From Mobula hypostoma (taxonomy: Eukaryota): 64,000 nucleotides of DNA. Shown here piece by piece: positions 49,223-62,254 of this stretch (its first letter is position 1; each line of letters begins with the position of its first letter). A program made the translations under genes and the position numbers. The stretch lies in the NCBI RefSeq assembly GCF_963921235.1, contig NC_086097.1, positions 14,446,001-14,510,000 on the forward strand, written 5' to 3'. The notes under the pieces were generated by a model that was not told where the DNA came from, searched no databases, and saw only the letters and a program-made list of their open reading frames with translations.

Positions 49223-52200
49223 ACATAGCAAGTGTGAGAGGTTGTGAGTGTGTGATAGTGAGTATAATATTGTGGGCAATGGATGCAGTGGGAAAGCGGA
49301 GAGCTTGTGCATGTTCTGGTCATTTCACTACTATTCTGGTATTCTCCAGTATGCCTCTGAGATTTACTGTACAGTTAACGCTTGTAGGCAAAAATCCACC
49401 AACATTCCTCGTTTAACTGGTAGATTCAAACTACTTGAACTCGCCTCATGCATACCAGGCTGGAAAAAAAGCTCATGATACTGGCAAATAGCTGGCAATA
49501 ATCTGAAATCCCAGAACTCAACTTGCAATTTTCTAATCTTGGCAGGTTCAGTAACAACATTTTAATATCTGTGGACTTTCCATTAAAAACAAACCTGGTT
49601 TTATATAAACCTCATAATACTTCAATAGCCCTCTGGGGGATTGTGCTAACTCTGATCACACACAAGACCAGACTAGTAAATGATCCACATCCAGTAAAAA
49701 CAACCAGCAGACAAGCTCTATACTGGGAGCTCCACAAGCATGTGACATTTCCAGTGGGTTTCCTATGGATCTCCTAGGAGATTAGAGCTGCCAACTGACT
49801 AGAGCCAAATGAAACTTGTACAGAGCGCGATTCAACTTGTGCCCAAGCACAAAACCAGTACTACTGGATAGGTCACTTGCTACACATCCTCTCTCCAAGG
49901 GGAACCAAGATTAGGTAATAGGACTGTCTCAACCAACGGGCTCATAAGGCAGACAGGATAACTTCTCTTACCCCAAAAGTGAACTGCCCACAAACAATGG
50001 ACGTTTCGATTCATGTTCTCAATTGCTTTTCTATTTATTAATATTTTGTTCTTTTTCATTGATTCTATTGTGTTTGTTGTACTTTTTGTGAATGCCCACA
50101 AGAAAATAAATCTCAGTGGAGTACATGATGACATATATGTACTTTGATAATAAATTTACTTTGCACTTTGAATTTTCAACTCTCACACACTTGTCATCAG
50201 GAAAGAGAGAAAAGGGAAGGGAGAGAGGAGGTGAATGAAGGAGCAAAGGGAGAGAGTGGTGGAGAGGGCAAGGGAAGACAGTGATGAAGGGAGTGGGAAA
50301 ATGGGTGGATTAAGAATAAGAGTTAAGGGTGGGATGGAGGGAGAAGAATTTGGAAAGGAAGGAGGAAAAGGCAGATGGTCCAAAAGTAAAGGAAGGAACT
50401 GAGAAAAAATGAGATGAGGCAAACTGATAATTCTTCTAGCGTTCCTTAATTTAAAATGCACACCAGCTCAGCCATGAACTGGCCCATAATAGAACAATGA
50501 AAATATTCTGTTCAGTGGTACTGAATCTACAATCTCCAAAGCAGTTTCCTGAAGGAAATGTCTCCACTTGGAGCACAAGTTCAAAGTTAAAAGTAAATTT
50601 ATAATCAAAGTCCATATACGTCACCAGTTAGTATACTGAGGTTCATTTTCTTGCATGTATTCACAGTTAGTACCAAGAAACACAATAGAATCAATGAAGA
50701 ACTGCACATAACAAGACAAACAGCCAATGTGCAAAAAACAACAAAATGTGCAAATACAGTACAAAAAATAAATAAGCAATAAATATCGAGAACATGAGTC
50801 ATAGAGTACAGCACAGAAACAGGCCCTTCAGCCCATCTAGTCCATGCCAAATCCGTTTAAAACTGTCTACTCCCATCGATCTGCCCTCCATATCCCTACT
50901 ATCCATACATATCTTAAACATTGAAATTGGGCTCACATAGACGACTTGTGCTGACAGCTCGTTCCACACTTTCATGACCCTAGGAGTGAAGATGTTTCAC
51001 CTCATGTTTTCCTTAAACTTCTTACCTTTCACCCTTAACCCATGACCTCTGGTTGAAGTCCCACCCAACCTCAACGGAAAAAGTCTGCTTGCGTTTACCC
51101 TATCTATACACCTCATAATTTTGTATGAGATGAAGTGTCCTTGAAACTAAGTCCATAGGAACAAACTTCTTTACTGATGGTTGCCATTTTGGAAGATGAG
51201 ATACTTTGCTTGGAATTATCGTGGTGGTTGAGAAGGGAGTGTAGAAGCTCTAGTCACTGTTCATTACGATTTTCCATCCAGCTCTTCAGAGAGAGGGAGA
51301 GAGGCAGGAGAAGGAATGCAAGAAGAACAGGACAAGGAAGAGAGAAGGGACAAATAGGAGGATAGAAAGAGAGGTAAGTAAGCCTAAAAGCAGGCTGCAG
51401 TCAGTTAATACTTGTGAAGAGCAGTCACCGCTCTAGGTCAACGAATGTGGCAGCTAACTTATAAAACAAATGTCCCACAGGCAGCACTGTGATAAGACCT
51501 GACTGAGCATGGTATGAAACTTAGCCACAACGACGGAGCTGATGCTCTACAGCATCGTGCCATGAGATTGTACACGTTCATCTAGACAACAAATTGTTAT
51601 CATCAATGGCTGATACCTCCAACTGTACAATATTTTCTCAGAACAGCTTTGTACTGTACTCAGAGGGAGCAGCATTAGATCCCTACCTTGAACAACCTAC
51701 ACGTGACTTCCTAATGGTTTTAATGCCACACTTGAAAACAAAATCACTTCACTGTGGGCAAGAATTGAGGCCTTGCCACACGCCAACGATAAATGTCAAT
51801 CAAAAGTAACTGACCCACATTTTCCACAGACTGGTGACTAAATGTCAACAGTATGTAAAGGCAGTTAATCTGGGTATTTAAAAGAGACACGGGTAGGCAC
51901 TTGAAGGGAAGTCATTCATACAGGGGAAGGGGATTTAATAAACTATCCTTTAAGGAGCCAAGAGCAATACATACAAAATACCCGAGAAACTCATCTGGTC
52001 AGGCAGGGCTGGGAAGGAAGGGGGAAGATGCCAGAATGAGAAGGTGGGAGGAGGGGAAGGAGTACAAGCTAGAAGGTGATAGGTGAAGCCAGGTGGATGG
52101 GAGGGGTTGAAATACAAAGCTGGGAGGTGATAGGTGAAAAAGGTGAAGGGCTGCAGAAGAAGGAATCTGATAGGACAGGAGGGTGGACCATAAGAGAAGG

Positions 52201-53959
52201 GAAGGAGGAAGGGCAAGATAAAGATTCTACGATTTTAACCTATGTTTTTACTTTGCAAGTAGAATCGACAGAATAAAACAGAATCGGTGATGGACAGGCA
52301 AAAGTTTTGAACAGCTCATTAGAACTTCTCAGATTAAAGACAGATGGAAAGACGGTGATCATCCACGTCAGACAACACGGTGTATAGTGATGATGATGAG
52401 AATCAACAGAGGAAATTTTGGCCTCATCGTCTGTTTACAGGGCAAGATGAGAAAGGGTGGGAGGAGTCTCAAAGGGGTGTAAACTAGTGCGGTCAAATGG
52501 TCTATTTCTGTGTGTTAATGAAACTTCAGAACAAATCTAACACCTAAGTAAATAATTCTGTCTAAACTGGTGACTGTACTTAAAAGGTAATCCAACCAAA
52601 AATTTTTTAAGTATATTACACTCTGCCAGCCCCATGATACCCCTAGCATCCCCTTCTCCCACATTAAAGGAGCTGTCCAAACACACACAGAACAGGGGAT
52701 ATTTTATTAGGAGCAAACTAATAGGCAGTGTCTCCTCATTTAGCAAAAGTTCAAAGTTCAAAGCACATATATGTCACCATATACACCCCTGAGATTCATT
52801 TTCTTGCAGGCATTCACAGTAAATACAAGAAACACAATAGAAACAGTGAAAGACTGCCCCCAACAGGCCAGAAGAACTAATATGCAAAAGACAACAAACT
52901 GTGCAAATACAAGAAGAAAAATAATAATAATAATAATAAATAAGCAATAAATATCGAGAACATGAGATGAAGAAATCAATCTGGTATAGTCAATGGGCAA
53001 AGACATCCAATAAGCTGTCAAATCCCACCCTCTTTCAGACTATTTACTTAAATCAGCTTTAGCTTACTGTGTTCAATCAGGCTTTCCAATATTGACAAAG
53101 TTATAGCTGGAGCAAAGAAGGAATAACTCCTGCTGGTCAGACTTTAAAAAAACCTTTAAGGCTTAAGAGGTGAGAGATCATGACTGATATGATTCACAGA
53201 ATTTCTACCACTTGCTGTATTTTTCTGGTGAAGTAATGCACTCTTAGGAGTTGCCATAGTTTCTGTATGTCCACTCCCCTGAGGAAAACTGTGTTTATTT
53301 ACTGCATCATTGACTGCTGGCTGAGAGTTTGTTTCCCTGCCTCACCTCCAACTCACTGGCTGTCAATAAGCATTACTTGTTTCAGTAAAGTCAATTGCTG
53401 AGATAAAACAGATACAAATTTCAATCATTTAAAGATGCAAAATAATAAAACTAGCCCTGCAGTTCAAGTCCTGTTCAATATTTTATATTCACCCAATAAA
53501 CCAGTGCGTATTCTTCTGATATTTTTGTTCAGTTCTCAAATCACATTAATTGAAGCCCTCATTCTTCCTTTATTATTCTACCACTCTAGACTATAACATC
53601 TATGATTCTTACTAGAGTGCTAGACAGACAACAGTGCAAAAGCAGGCCTTTCAGCCCATCATATGCATGCTGGCCATCATGTAACTATGAATACTTGCCT
53701 CGTTTTCCTTCACTCAGCCTGTAGCCGCCCACAGCACGGTGTTTCAAGTTCTCATCTAAACAATTTTTCAACATTGTGAGGTCATCGCGATCCACTACCC
53801 CTTCAGACAGCAAATTTCAGATTTCGAACACCCCTTGTGCGACGTAAAGCTATTTAGCTCTATGACGATATCCTGATCTTACACAGTTTGTACCCATAGA
53901 AAGTAAATGTTATCACTGAAATTTAGTATTCTGTCAATGCAGTGGAAATTTATTTTTTA

Positions 53960-54165
53960 GATTTAGAGATACGGTACAGAACAGGCCCTTCTGGCCCAAC
54001 GAGCCACACCACCCAGCAACCCACCTATTTAATCCTAGCCTAGTCACGGGACAATTTAGAATGACCAATTAGCTTAAATCGGTACATCTTTGGACTGTGA
54101 GAGGAAACCGGAGCACCCGGAGGAAACCCACATAGTTCACGAGGAGAACTTTGCAGACGGCGCAG
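53960..54165 (-). mobile_element. HE1/V-SINE-like SINE
   Basis: ctttggactgtgagaggaaaccggagcacccggaggaaaccca. Confidence 0.78.
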
Positions 54166-56453
54166 GACGTCAGAGATCCTTTAAGTCTTAAAGTGCTGTC
54201 TGCTCCAAGGTCCGGCTGAGGGCAATCCACTTAAAACAAAGCGGGAAAATGATCAGAAACAAATTTCTCCCAAAGACCAGTATGTGCCTTTACAGTTCAG
54301 AGGGTAATGGATAAATCTCCAAAGACATTAGCAGTAACTTTCCATAAGTAACTTCGTGAAATAAAAACACTGAGGAACTGGCAAATGTTATAAGAGCTTT
54401 GATGCTTGGAGGCTGCTGTGTTTACATTGCTGGGGATCTATATTTAAACTGAGGAGCTCTTCACCATAAGAATGCTGCACTGATTGTACTGTGTGTAATC
54501 AGTGAGCAGCATTCATTGCTGTGTCTCAACTTAGAAGTTAAGGGGAAAAGGCAAATGGGAAAGCTGCATCTCTCTCTTTCAACCTTCAACAATGCAAATC
54601 ACCTTGTGAAACATTCTACGAACAAAGGATTCATCACCCCTGGTTCAGTAAGTGTTATAGGAGCAGTGGAGAAGATAGAAATGATGAAGAGACAGTTTGA
54701 CGGCAGTGGAGCAGGTTCAAGGGGCTGAATGGCCTCTTCCTGCAAGAGAGGCAGCTATCACTGTTCCCAAGCACACGGTAGCGTAGCAGCAAGGGCGACG
54801 TCATTACAGCTCAGGGCGTCTCAGTTCGGAGTTCAATTCCGACACTGTCAATGAGAAGTTTGTATGTTCCTCCTGTGTACGCACCAGTTTCCTCCAGTAT
54901 TCTCCCACAGTACCGGTTAGTGGATAGATTGTCCTCTTATTAGGCTAGCGTTACACAGGTGGGCTGTTGGGTGGTGCAGCTTGTTGGGCTGGATAAATAA
55001 ATAAGTCGGCTTCCAGCCTTTTTATCATCAGCCCTCTACAGAGTCTGGAAACAAACCTATTGAGGTTATGTCGAAGAGGGGGGAGGTCTCCCCAAACTTC
55101 CCTGTGGCAGCCTTTTGTGCACAATCTCCCACTCTACTTTCTGCATTATATTAATGCCTACACTTCTGAAGTACTTCGATGGCTGTGAAGTGGTTTGGGA
55201 TGTCTCAAGGTTCTGAAAGGTGCAACAGAAATGGAAGTAATTTTTCTCTGAAGAATAAATATACCTTCAAAATCAGGGACCGAATCCAAGCCAGCACGTC
55301 TGCATTGCTAAGCATAACCTCAAAATTGGAATTCTATCCAATATATATACTCAATTCTTGCCAACAGGGATAAAGAGCCAAATAGGAATTTTTGTATTTT
55401 GTTAAGAGTAAAAGAAATACGCAGAGCAGTATAGAGGCAGGTTACCAACTGTGATTAACTTTGACATGTTTGGAATAATTGGAATTAGTGGATCTGAGCC
55501 GTGCTGTCTTTTCAAACAGGGCTAAGATATTCTGCAAACTTTTGTCAAGTAAGAAGCAACTCTGTAGCATAGCGGTAAGCATAGCTACTACAGCTCAAGG
55601 CATTCCAGAGATTGGAGTCCAATTCAGGTGTCCTCTGTAATAAGTTTGTGCACCCTTCCCGTGACCGCGTGGGTTTCCTCCCACAGTCCTGAGATGTACC
55701 AGTTGGTAGGTTAATTGTGGCCCTGTGATCAGGCTTGGGATGTATAGGTGAGCTGCCGGACAGTGCGGCTCACTGAGTCTGAAGGACCACTTCTGTGCTG
55801 TACCTCTTAATAATTAAGTACATAAATGGGGTGAGGTGTGGGGAGGATGGGGGTTGCTGTTGTGTGACCGTTGCTTCATGAATTAGTCACAACTAATGAT
55901 GATGATGCATTTCAGACAGTTTGTGTACCTGGAAATAAACAGAGAAACAACTTGCTTAGAGGCGGAATAAAAATAATTTGTTTTCTTTAAGAATGTCTGC
56001 AGACCACTATTTTAATTCATTAAACTTTGGAGAGACCCCCTTCTCCATCTGCAGAGAAAGCTGTGCTTTGCGGCACCTAACAAGTGCGAGGGACATCAGG
56101 AACTTGGTGTGATGGTAAATCAGGAATTATGTGAAGCTTGCAAGGGTGAATGTATTTCCTTCAACTATGGGGAAGCTTGTGAATTGCAAGGTGCTGTATC
56201 ATTTCTGTCAGCTTTAGCTCACTAGTACCGTGCTGGCAAACTTCTGAAGATTTATGTACAAAGCAACCCTTCAGCCCATCACAGGATCAAGTCTACTGCA
56301 AACTTTGTCACCCATGCAAACTGACCCACTGTTCTTACTAGTGACTACTAAAAGCCTCTGCGTACCACCTTACTCAATGAGGCCCTCACCGCTGAGTCAG
56401 GCTGTCCCTCGCTCTAGGGACTAGTACACAAAGAACAGATAATAAAGATACCC

Positions 56454-56590
56454 ATCCTCTTTCCCACCTTCTTTATAGGGCCTCTGCCCCTTCCCGCTTC
56501 AGTCCTGACGAGGGGTTCCGGCCCGAAACGTCGACTCGTTTCCACGGATGCTGCCCAACCTGTTGAGTTCCTCCAGCGTGTTGTGAGTGT
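56454..56590 (+). mobile_element. 137-bp solo PLE family 1 terminal repeat with 14-bp TSD
   Basis: TAATAAAGATACCC at 56440-56453 and 56591-56604. Confidence 0.85.
56501..56536 (+). ncRNA. Minimal type I hammerhead ribozyme motif, intact core
   Basis: AGTC-CTGACGA-G-GGG TTCCGG CCC-GAAA-CGTC-GACT; predicted cleavage after 56532. Confidence 0.75.
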
Positions 56591-56959
56591 TAATAAAGAT
56601 ACCCGTTATGGAGGGTGTCATCATCCCAACAAGCAAAAGAGGCTGCAGAACAAATAGAGGCCACTCGGCCCATCGTGCCCTCTGCTTGATATTGGCAGAG
56701 AGCACATGGTGCACCAGAGGAAGCTATGGCTGGATAAACCAGAGGACACACCTCCCTGGAGGAGGTCAAGTGATAGGATGGCGTGTATAGGACTAACGCA
56801 GAGTGCAAAACAGAGCTTACATCGCAAATTGGGTTGGACAGTGATGTCTGTGCCCATGTTGTCTGTGGTGCTTCTGTGTACGTATGTTGTATATGCACGC
56901 CATACGGTTAAAGCAAAGTGAATACCCCACATTCTGCCCCACACATCTACCCCAAGATG

Positions 56960-57232
56960 GGCCCGGTAGCGCAGATAGTGGTTAGCACAATTCTGTACAG
57001 TACCAGTGACCCAGGTTCAATTCCTGCCGCTGCCTGTAACTGTATGTTCTTCCCATGACTGGGTGGGTTTCCTCCAGGTGCTCTGGTTTCCTCCCACAGT
57101 CCAAAGACGTACCAGTTGGGAGGTTAATTGGTCATTGTAAATTGTCCTGTGATTAGGCCAGGGTTAAGTCAGGGTCGCAGGACCAAAAGGGCCGATTCCA
57201 CACTGTATCTCAATAAATAAATAAAATAAAAA
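56960..57232 (+). mobile_element. HE1/V-SINE-like SINE with an (AAAT)n tail
   Basis: tagtggttagcac...ccaggttcaattcc (A/B boxes), V-like core, aataaataaataaaa tail. Confidence 0.82.
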
Positions 57233-58264
57233 AATTGGGTCCACCTTCTGTTGAGCAACACAGTTTGCGTTTGTCCTGTTTCAATTATAGAACCAAACAT
57301 AATGCAAAAGGCTGAGATTAAATCAAAGAAATGCTTCAAACGATACTGAAGTTGTGAGAAGGTAAGAAAGGGTTAATTGAACTCAACAGGAAAGCTGTCA
57401 TATGGCAGTTCCATGTGCCCTTTCAATTATTGAAATGATCTGTTGAGCTCCCTGGGGAGATGTCACACTGCATTTCACAGCGACATTGAATGACTACAAG
57501 TTATATTAGAGGCAGCCTATTCCAATAGACGATGGGCGGTGTCACATTTGTAGACACGTGAAAGAGAATGATTGTTGGGAATGGGGGAGAAAATCTTTTT
57601 TTTGTCGAGTGATACGCAATAAATAGTTGCAATTCTACGTGGGATGGCAACAGATAAATCATTTAAAAGGATGATGATTTAATAAAAGGTTAAAGTCCGT
57701 GTTGTCTGTAATCTGCTCCATATCTGCCACAGAAAGTGATGCAATAGGCTTTCCTGTAACTTGACATGGAAACCTACAACACCCTTCCCATTCCAGCAGC
57801 CTGTGCATCACACACAAATACCATGGCTCTGTGGTATATGAAGAGACATTTGCAGGAACAATTAAGGGATGAGGTTTCCGGCATTATGGGCATGAATGAA
57901 GGAATGCAAGCAGGAATAATGCTAGCTTCTGCCCGAGTCTGTTTCACTATCAATCATGATCAAGCCTAGCCATGTGCTTCCAGTCCGCTATGTTGTTCAG
58001 ACCTCATCAACCTAATGTTGGGCACATTTTCACCAAGGATGACACATTGCCCAACTCTACATTTCATCCACCTCTATACCCCACCACATAGAGTCACAGA
58101 ACACTACAGTACAGAAACAGGCTCTTTGGCCCATCTAGTCCATGCCGAACTATTAATCTGTCTAGTCCCTTCGCCCTGCACACCAAACATAGACCTCCAT
58201 ATTCCTCCCATCCATGTACATTTACAAACTTCTCTTAAATGTTCATATTGAACCTTCATAGAAA

Positions 58265-58895
58265 GTTCTAAAGCTCTGACAAACTTCTAAAGATGTGTTG
58301 TGGAGAGCGTATTGGCCGGTTGCATCACTGCCTGGTATGGAAATACCAATGCCCGTGAAGGGTAAATCCTATAAAAAGTAGTGAATATGGCCCAGTCTAT
58401 CACAGGTAAAGCCCTCCCCACCATTGAGCACATCTACACGAAGCATTGTCACAGGAAAGCAACATCCATCATCAGGGATCTCCACAACCCAGATCATGCT
58501 GTCTTCTCAATGCTGCCATCAAGAAGAATGCACAGGAGGCTCAGGACTCACATCATCAGGTTCAAGAACAGTGCCACCAGGCTCTTGAAGCAGAGGGGAT
58601 AATTTCACTCAACTTCATTTGCCCCATCACTGAACTGTTCCCACAATCTATGGACTCACTTTCAAGGACTCTTCATCTCACATTCTCGATATTTATTGTT
58701 CATTATTATTTCTTCTTTATTCTTTATTCGCATAGCTTGTTTGTTTTTTGCACACTGAATGCCAACCCTGCTGGTGCGGTCTTCATTGATTCTATTATGG
58801 TTATTGGATTTATTCAGTATGCCCGCAAGAAAAAGAATCTTGGGGTTGCGTATGATGACAGATATGTACCTTGATAATGAATATACTTTGAACTT
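58265..58895 (+). mobile_element. Rex1/Babar-like LINE 3' fragment
   Basis: AQSITGKALPTIEHIY...DHAVFSMLPSRRMHRRLRTHIIRFKNS; tail tactttgaacttt. Confidence 0.75.
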
Positions 58896-61800
58896 TCATC
58901 CACCACTTCTACCAGCAGCTCGTTCCATACTCCCACCACCCTGTAAGTGAAGAAGTTCCCCTTCATGCTCCCCTGAAAAAGTTCATCTTTCACCTTTAAC
59001 CCCTGACCTCTAGTTCTAAAGCTACACACGCAAAACGCTGGAGGAACTCAGCAGGTTAGGCACCATCGATGGAAAGGAGTAAGCAAACAATCGATATTTT
59101 GGGCCGCGACCTTTCTTCAGTCTCATTCAACCACAGTGGAAAAAGTCTACCTTGCACTTACTCAATCTATACTGTACCCCTCATAATGGTGTATCCCTCT
59201 ATCAAATCCCCCCTCAGTATCCCATGCCCGAGGGAATAAAATTCTAATCTGCTCAACCTTTCCCCATAATTCCTTCAAATTGGGAACATTGCAGTCAAGT
59301 CTTCAAACCCCAAAACCTGGTCAATAAATAAAGCTTCAACACAGAGCTGGTTCAAATGGGCGGGGCTGGTGTTGTGTCGGGTGAGGAGTTGGGTTGGGGT
59401 GGTGACCCTCAATGGTTAGAGAGATCAAAACTTTTGTCCTGAGGGCTCCATACCGCCCTTAGTAAAACCATTCCAATGGATGTCTTATCCCAGACTGCAC
59501 CAGCAGTGGGTTAAGATAATGACAGCAATGACTAAAGCACACCATGTGTAGCTCAGCTCTTCCAATCAATAGACACAATGCTCAATGTGCCAATAGGACA
59601 GGTTCCCATTCATTCAGTAAAGTTAGGGTTAATCGCAGTTCAATCTACACAGGATTTCTGGGCCGATAGCCATTTATTTTTCTCTGTATAATTTATGGTT
59701 CTGTGTCGTGTCGTTCCCATTAAATTTCTTGCATGTGTACTTTCTTCTGAACCTTATTTTTTTTCTCAACAGTTACAGTATAAATATTACTTCATTACAG
59801 TCAATTGAAACCTCATTAATAAGAACACCTTGTCGAAAAAGACTCAATCTTTTGTTCCTCAAGAAGAGGGCCAATTTCTTTTTTTCAAACACGCACTCAA
59901 GGGACTTCATTGCAACTGTGGTAACATTAGTCATGAACAACAATATTAAGGGGACTGCCAATCCACAGGGTGTTCTAACTCTGGTATGGATTGTATTTTA
60001 AATATTGCACTTTTTATTGGTTATATTAACTAATCAGTCGCTTGTTTAGGGCCCGCGTAATCTTTCAGGAATTCCTTTCATTCTCCTTGTGACATGGTGG
60101 CTGTGGTAAGGTTTTGGATGTGTGCGGTGGCCGTGGTAGGGTTTTAGCTGGGGCTCAATCAGAGGGAGATGCATACCATGACCTTACTACACAGTAGAAC
60201 CATACTGAAAAACAACCCTAAACAGGTATAGTTCTTCTATAAAGTGACAGTTACATTCCTCAGAAACTTCACCCTGATAGAAATTTGCATTGCAGCAGAA
60301 GAGATTTCAAAGCAGAGATTTAAACAGGTTTTTCCAAATGTAATCGTATAACCGTTGTGGCTTGTGTAATGCAGCAGCCCTAATCTATTAATCACATTAT
60401 AACTAATTTGGTATTATGAAAACACACATTATAGCGGAAGTACCTGTATGTAGTCCAAATATTCCTGACAATAAGACAAGCATAACCTTAATATTAGGTA
60501 ACGTTTTCAACATAGTCTAAGTTTAAGGCAATGATTGCCCACTATGAACATACATCTCCACCAATGACATCACGATAGCTGTAGGTTCAGAGCTGTTCAC
60601 TGGTGGGTTACCCTCCAATGAAATGCAGCTGAATGAAACAGGCTGCTTCTGACTGGAAGATGGTTACATCATAGTCTAGAAACTAACTGTGATAAAGCGA
60701 AGGTTTGATGGATCAAAGTGGTTCCTCAAACCCATTTATAAGCATAACTTTTTTATTTCCCAACTCAATACTCAATCAATGAGTGTAGAATTAAATACGT
60801 AATAGCTTCCCTTGCAGGATGGTCTACTGAAACTTTTGCAGCATTCTTAACTCTGCTCTGGTGAGTAGAAATATGGCCTGATCTACAATGTACTAAAAGG
60901 ATGTGAATAGGTCTTTATGCCTTAGTGCAGTGGAGTAATTTCTCCCCTCCCGCCCAACCCCTCCTCATAAGCTTCCAATTTTCTTAGCTGAGGAAATCCC
61001 ATGTTTTACATTTGGCCGAGCTACCCGGTGTTAGGACATCCCTGTCTAAGATGGGACCACAGAGAGGCTTACACACTTGGGCAAGCCAGGAGCGTGGACC
61101 TAACTCTGGAAGCCAGGGTAAACCAGAAGAAAAGTGTTTACACCACTTAAGCCCAACGCAAGCAGGAAATCAATCAAGAAAATGAGCCTTGCCACTCAAG
61201 TCGTCATGGTCATGCACATTAGGGCTATCAGCTGCATGGGCTACTTGCCACAGTCCATAAAAATGTCAGTGCAATAGTAATTAACAAGCACAGACCGGCT
61301 ACTGAGTAATTAGCTTTCTTTCACTAGACTACAATGAACAAGTCCATCAGGCAAGCAATGGGATATAAAGGATTTGTTTCTTTTTTAAATGAAGTATTTT
61401 GTCTTCCATTATCAGCCTGGTTAATGCAATAGGGGTGTGAAGCCAGGTACGAACCCAACTGGCTAAACCCAACTACATTTAGGGTCACAGTCATGTTCCC
61501 ATGAGGTGGTCCTTTTTTAACTGTTTTATCTGTGTTGCATTTTCCAGACCATCAAACAGGTCCAGATAAACTGGTGCATAAAGCCACAGAAATGGTATCG
61601 AAGTTGGCCAGGCATTCTTTGCTTTGTTACAAGAAGTCATCCAATTAAAGGTGGTGTAGTGAGAAGGTGGGAGATATTTCTTTAAAGCTTTTACAACATG
61701 AAGAACTTTGCCAAGCAGTGGCTGAGGTAAAAGTCACTGCATTGTTCATGGCTAAATATCTGAAAGAGGAACAAGGAGATTGAGGAGAGCAGTGGGATCA

Positions 61801-62032
61801 GTTTTGTATCGCTCTGATGCAGAAAAAATGAGATAAATGGCCTTCATCCTTGCCATAAATTTGTACAGGTCTCTATCTCACCAGGGTTTTATACTAGTAC
61901 ATGAAGGGAGATTTAGCTAGGTGGCAAGAGGGTTGGGATTGGAGGCAATTTGATAAGCCTTAAGCAACCCTTCATGTAATGCCAAGTATTCTTCATGGGT
62001 TGGTGCTCATCTCATGCTTCCAATGGCTCTTA

Positions 62033-62254
62033 AGAGTAACACACACAAAATGCTAGAGGAACTCAGCAGGTCAGACCACATCTCTGGAAAGGAAGAAAGA
62101 GTCAACGTTTCAAGCTGAAACCTTTCTTCAGGATGACTTTGGCCCAAAATGTCAGCTCCTTCTTCCTTTCCATAGATAATCCCTGACCTGCTGAGTTCTT
62201 CCAGCATTTAGTGTGTGTTACTCTGGATTTCCAACATCTGCAGAATCCCTTGTG
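62033..62254. mobile_element. Palindromic non-coding PLE family 1 derivative
   Basis: Inverted arms; TSD TCCAAT(G/A)GCTCTTA at 62019-62032 and 62255-62268. Confidence 0.8.
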
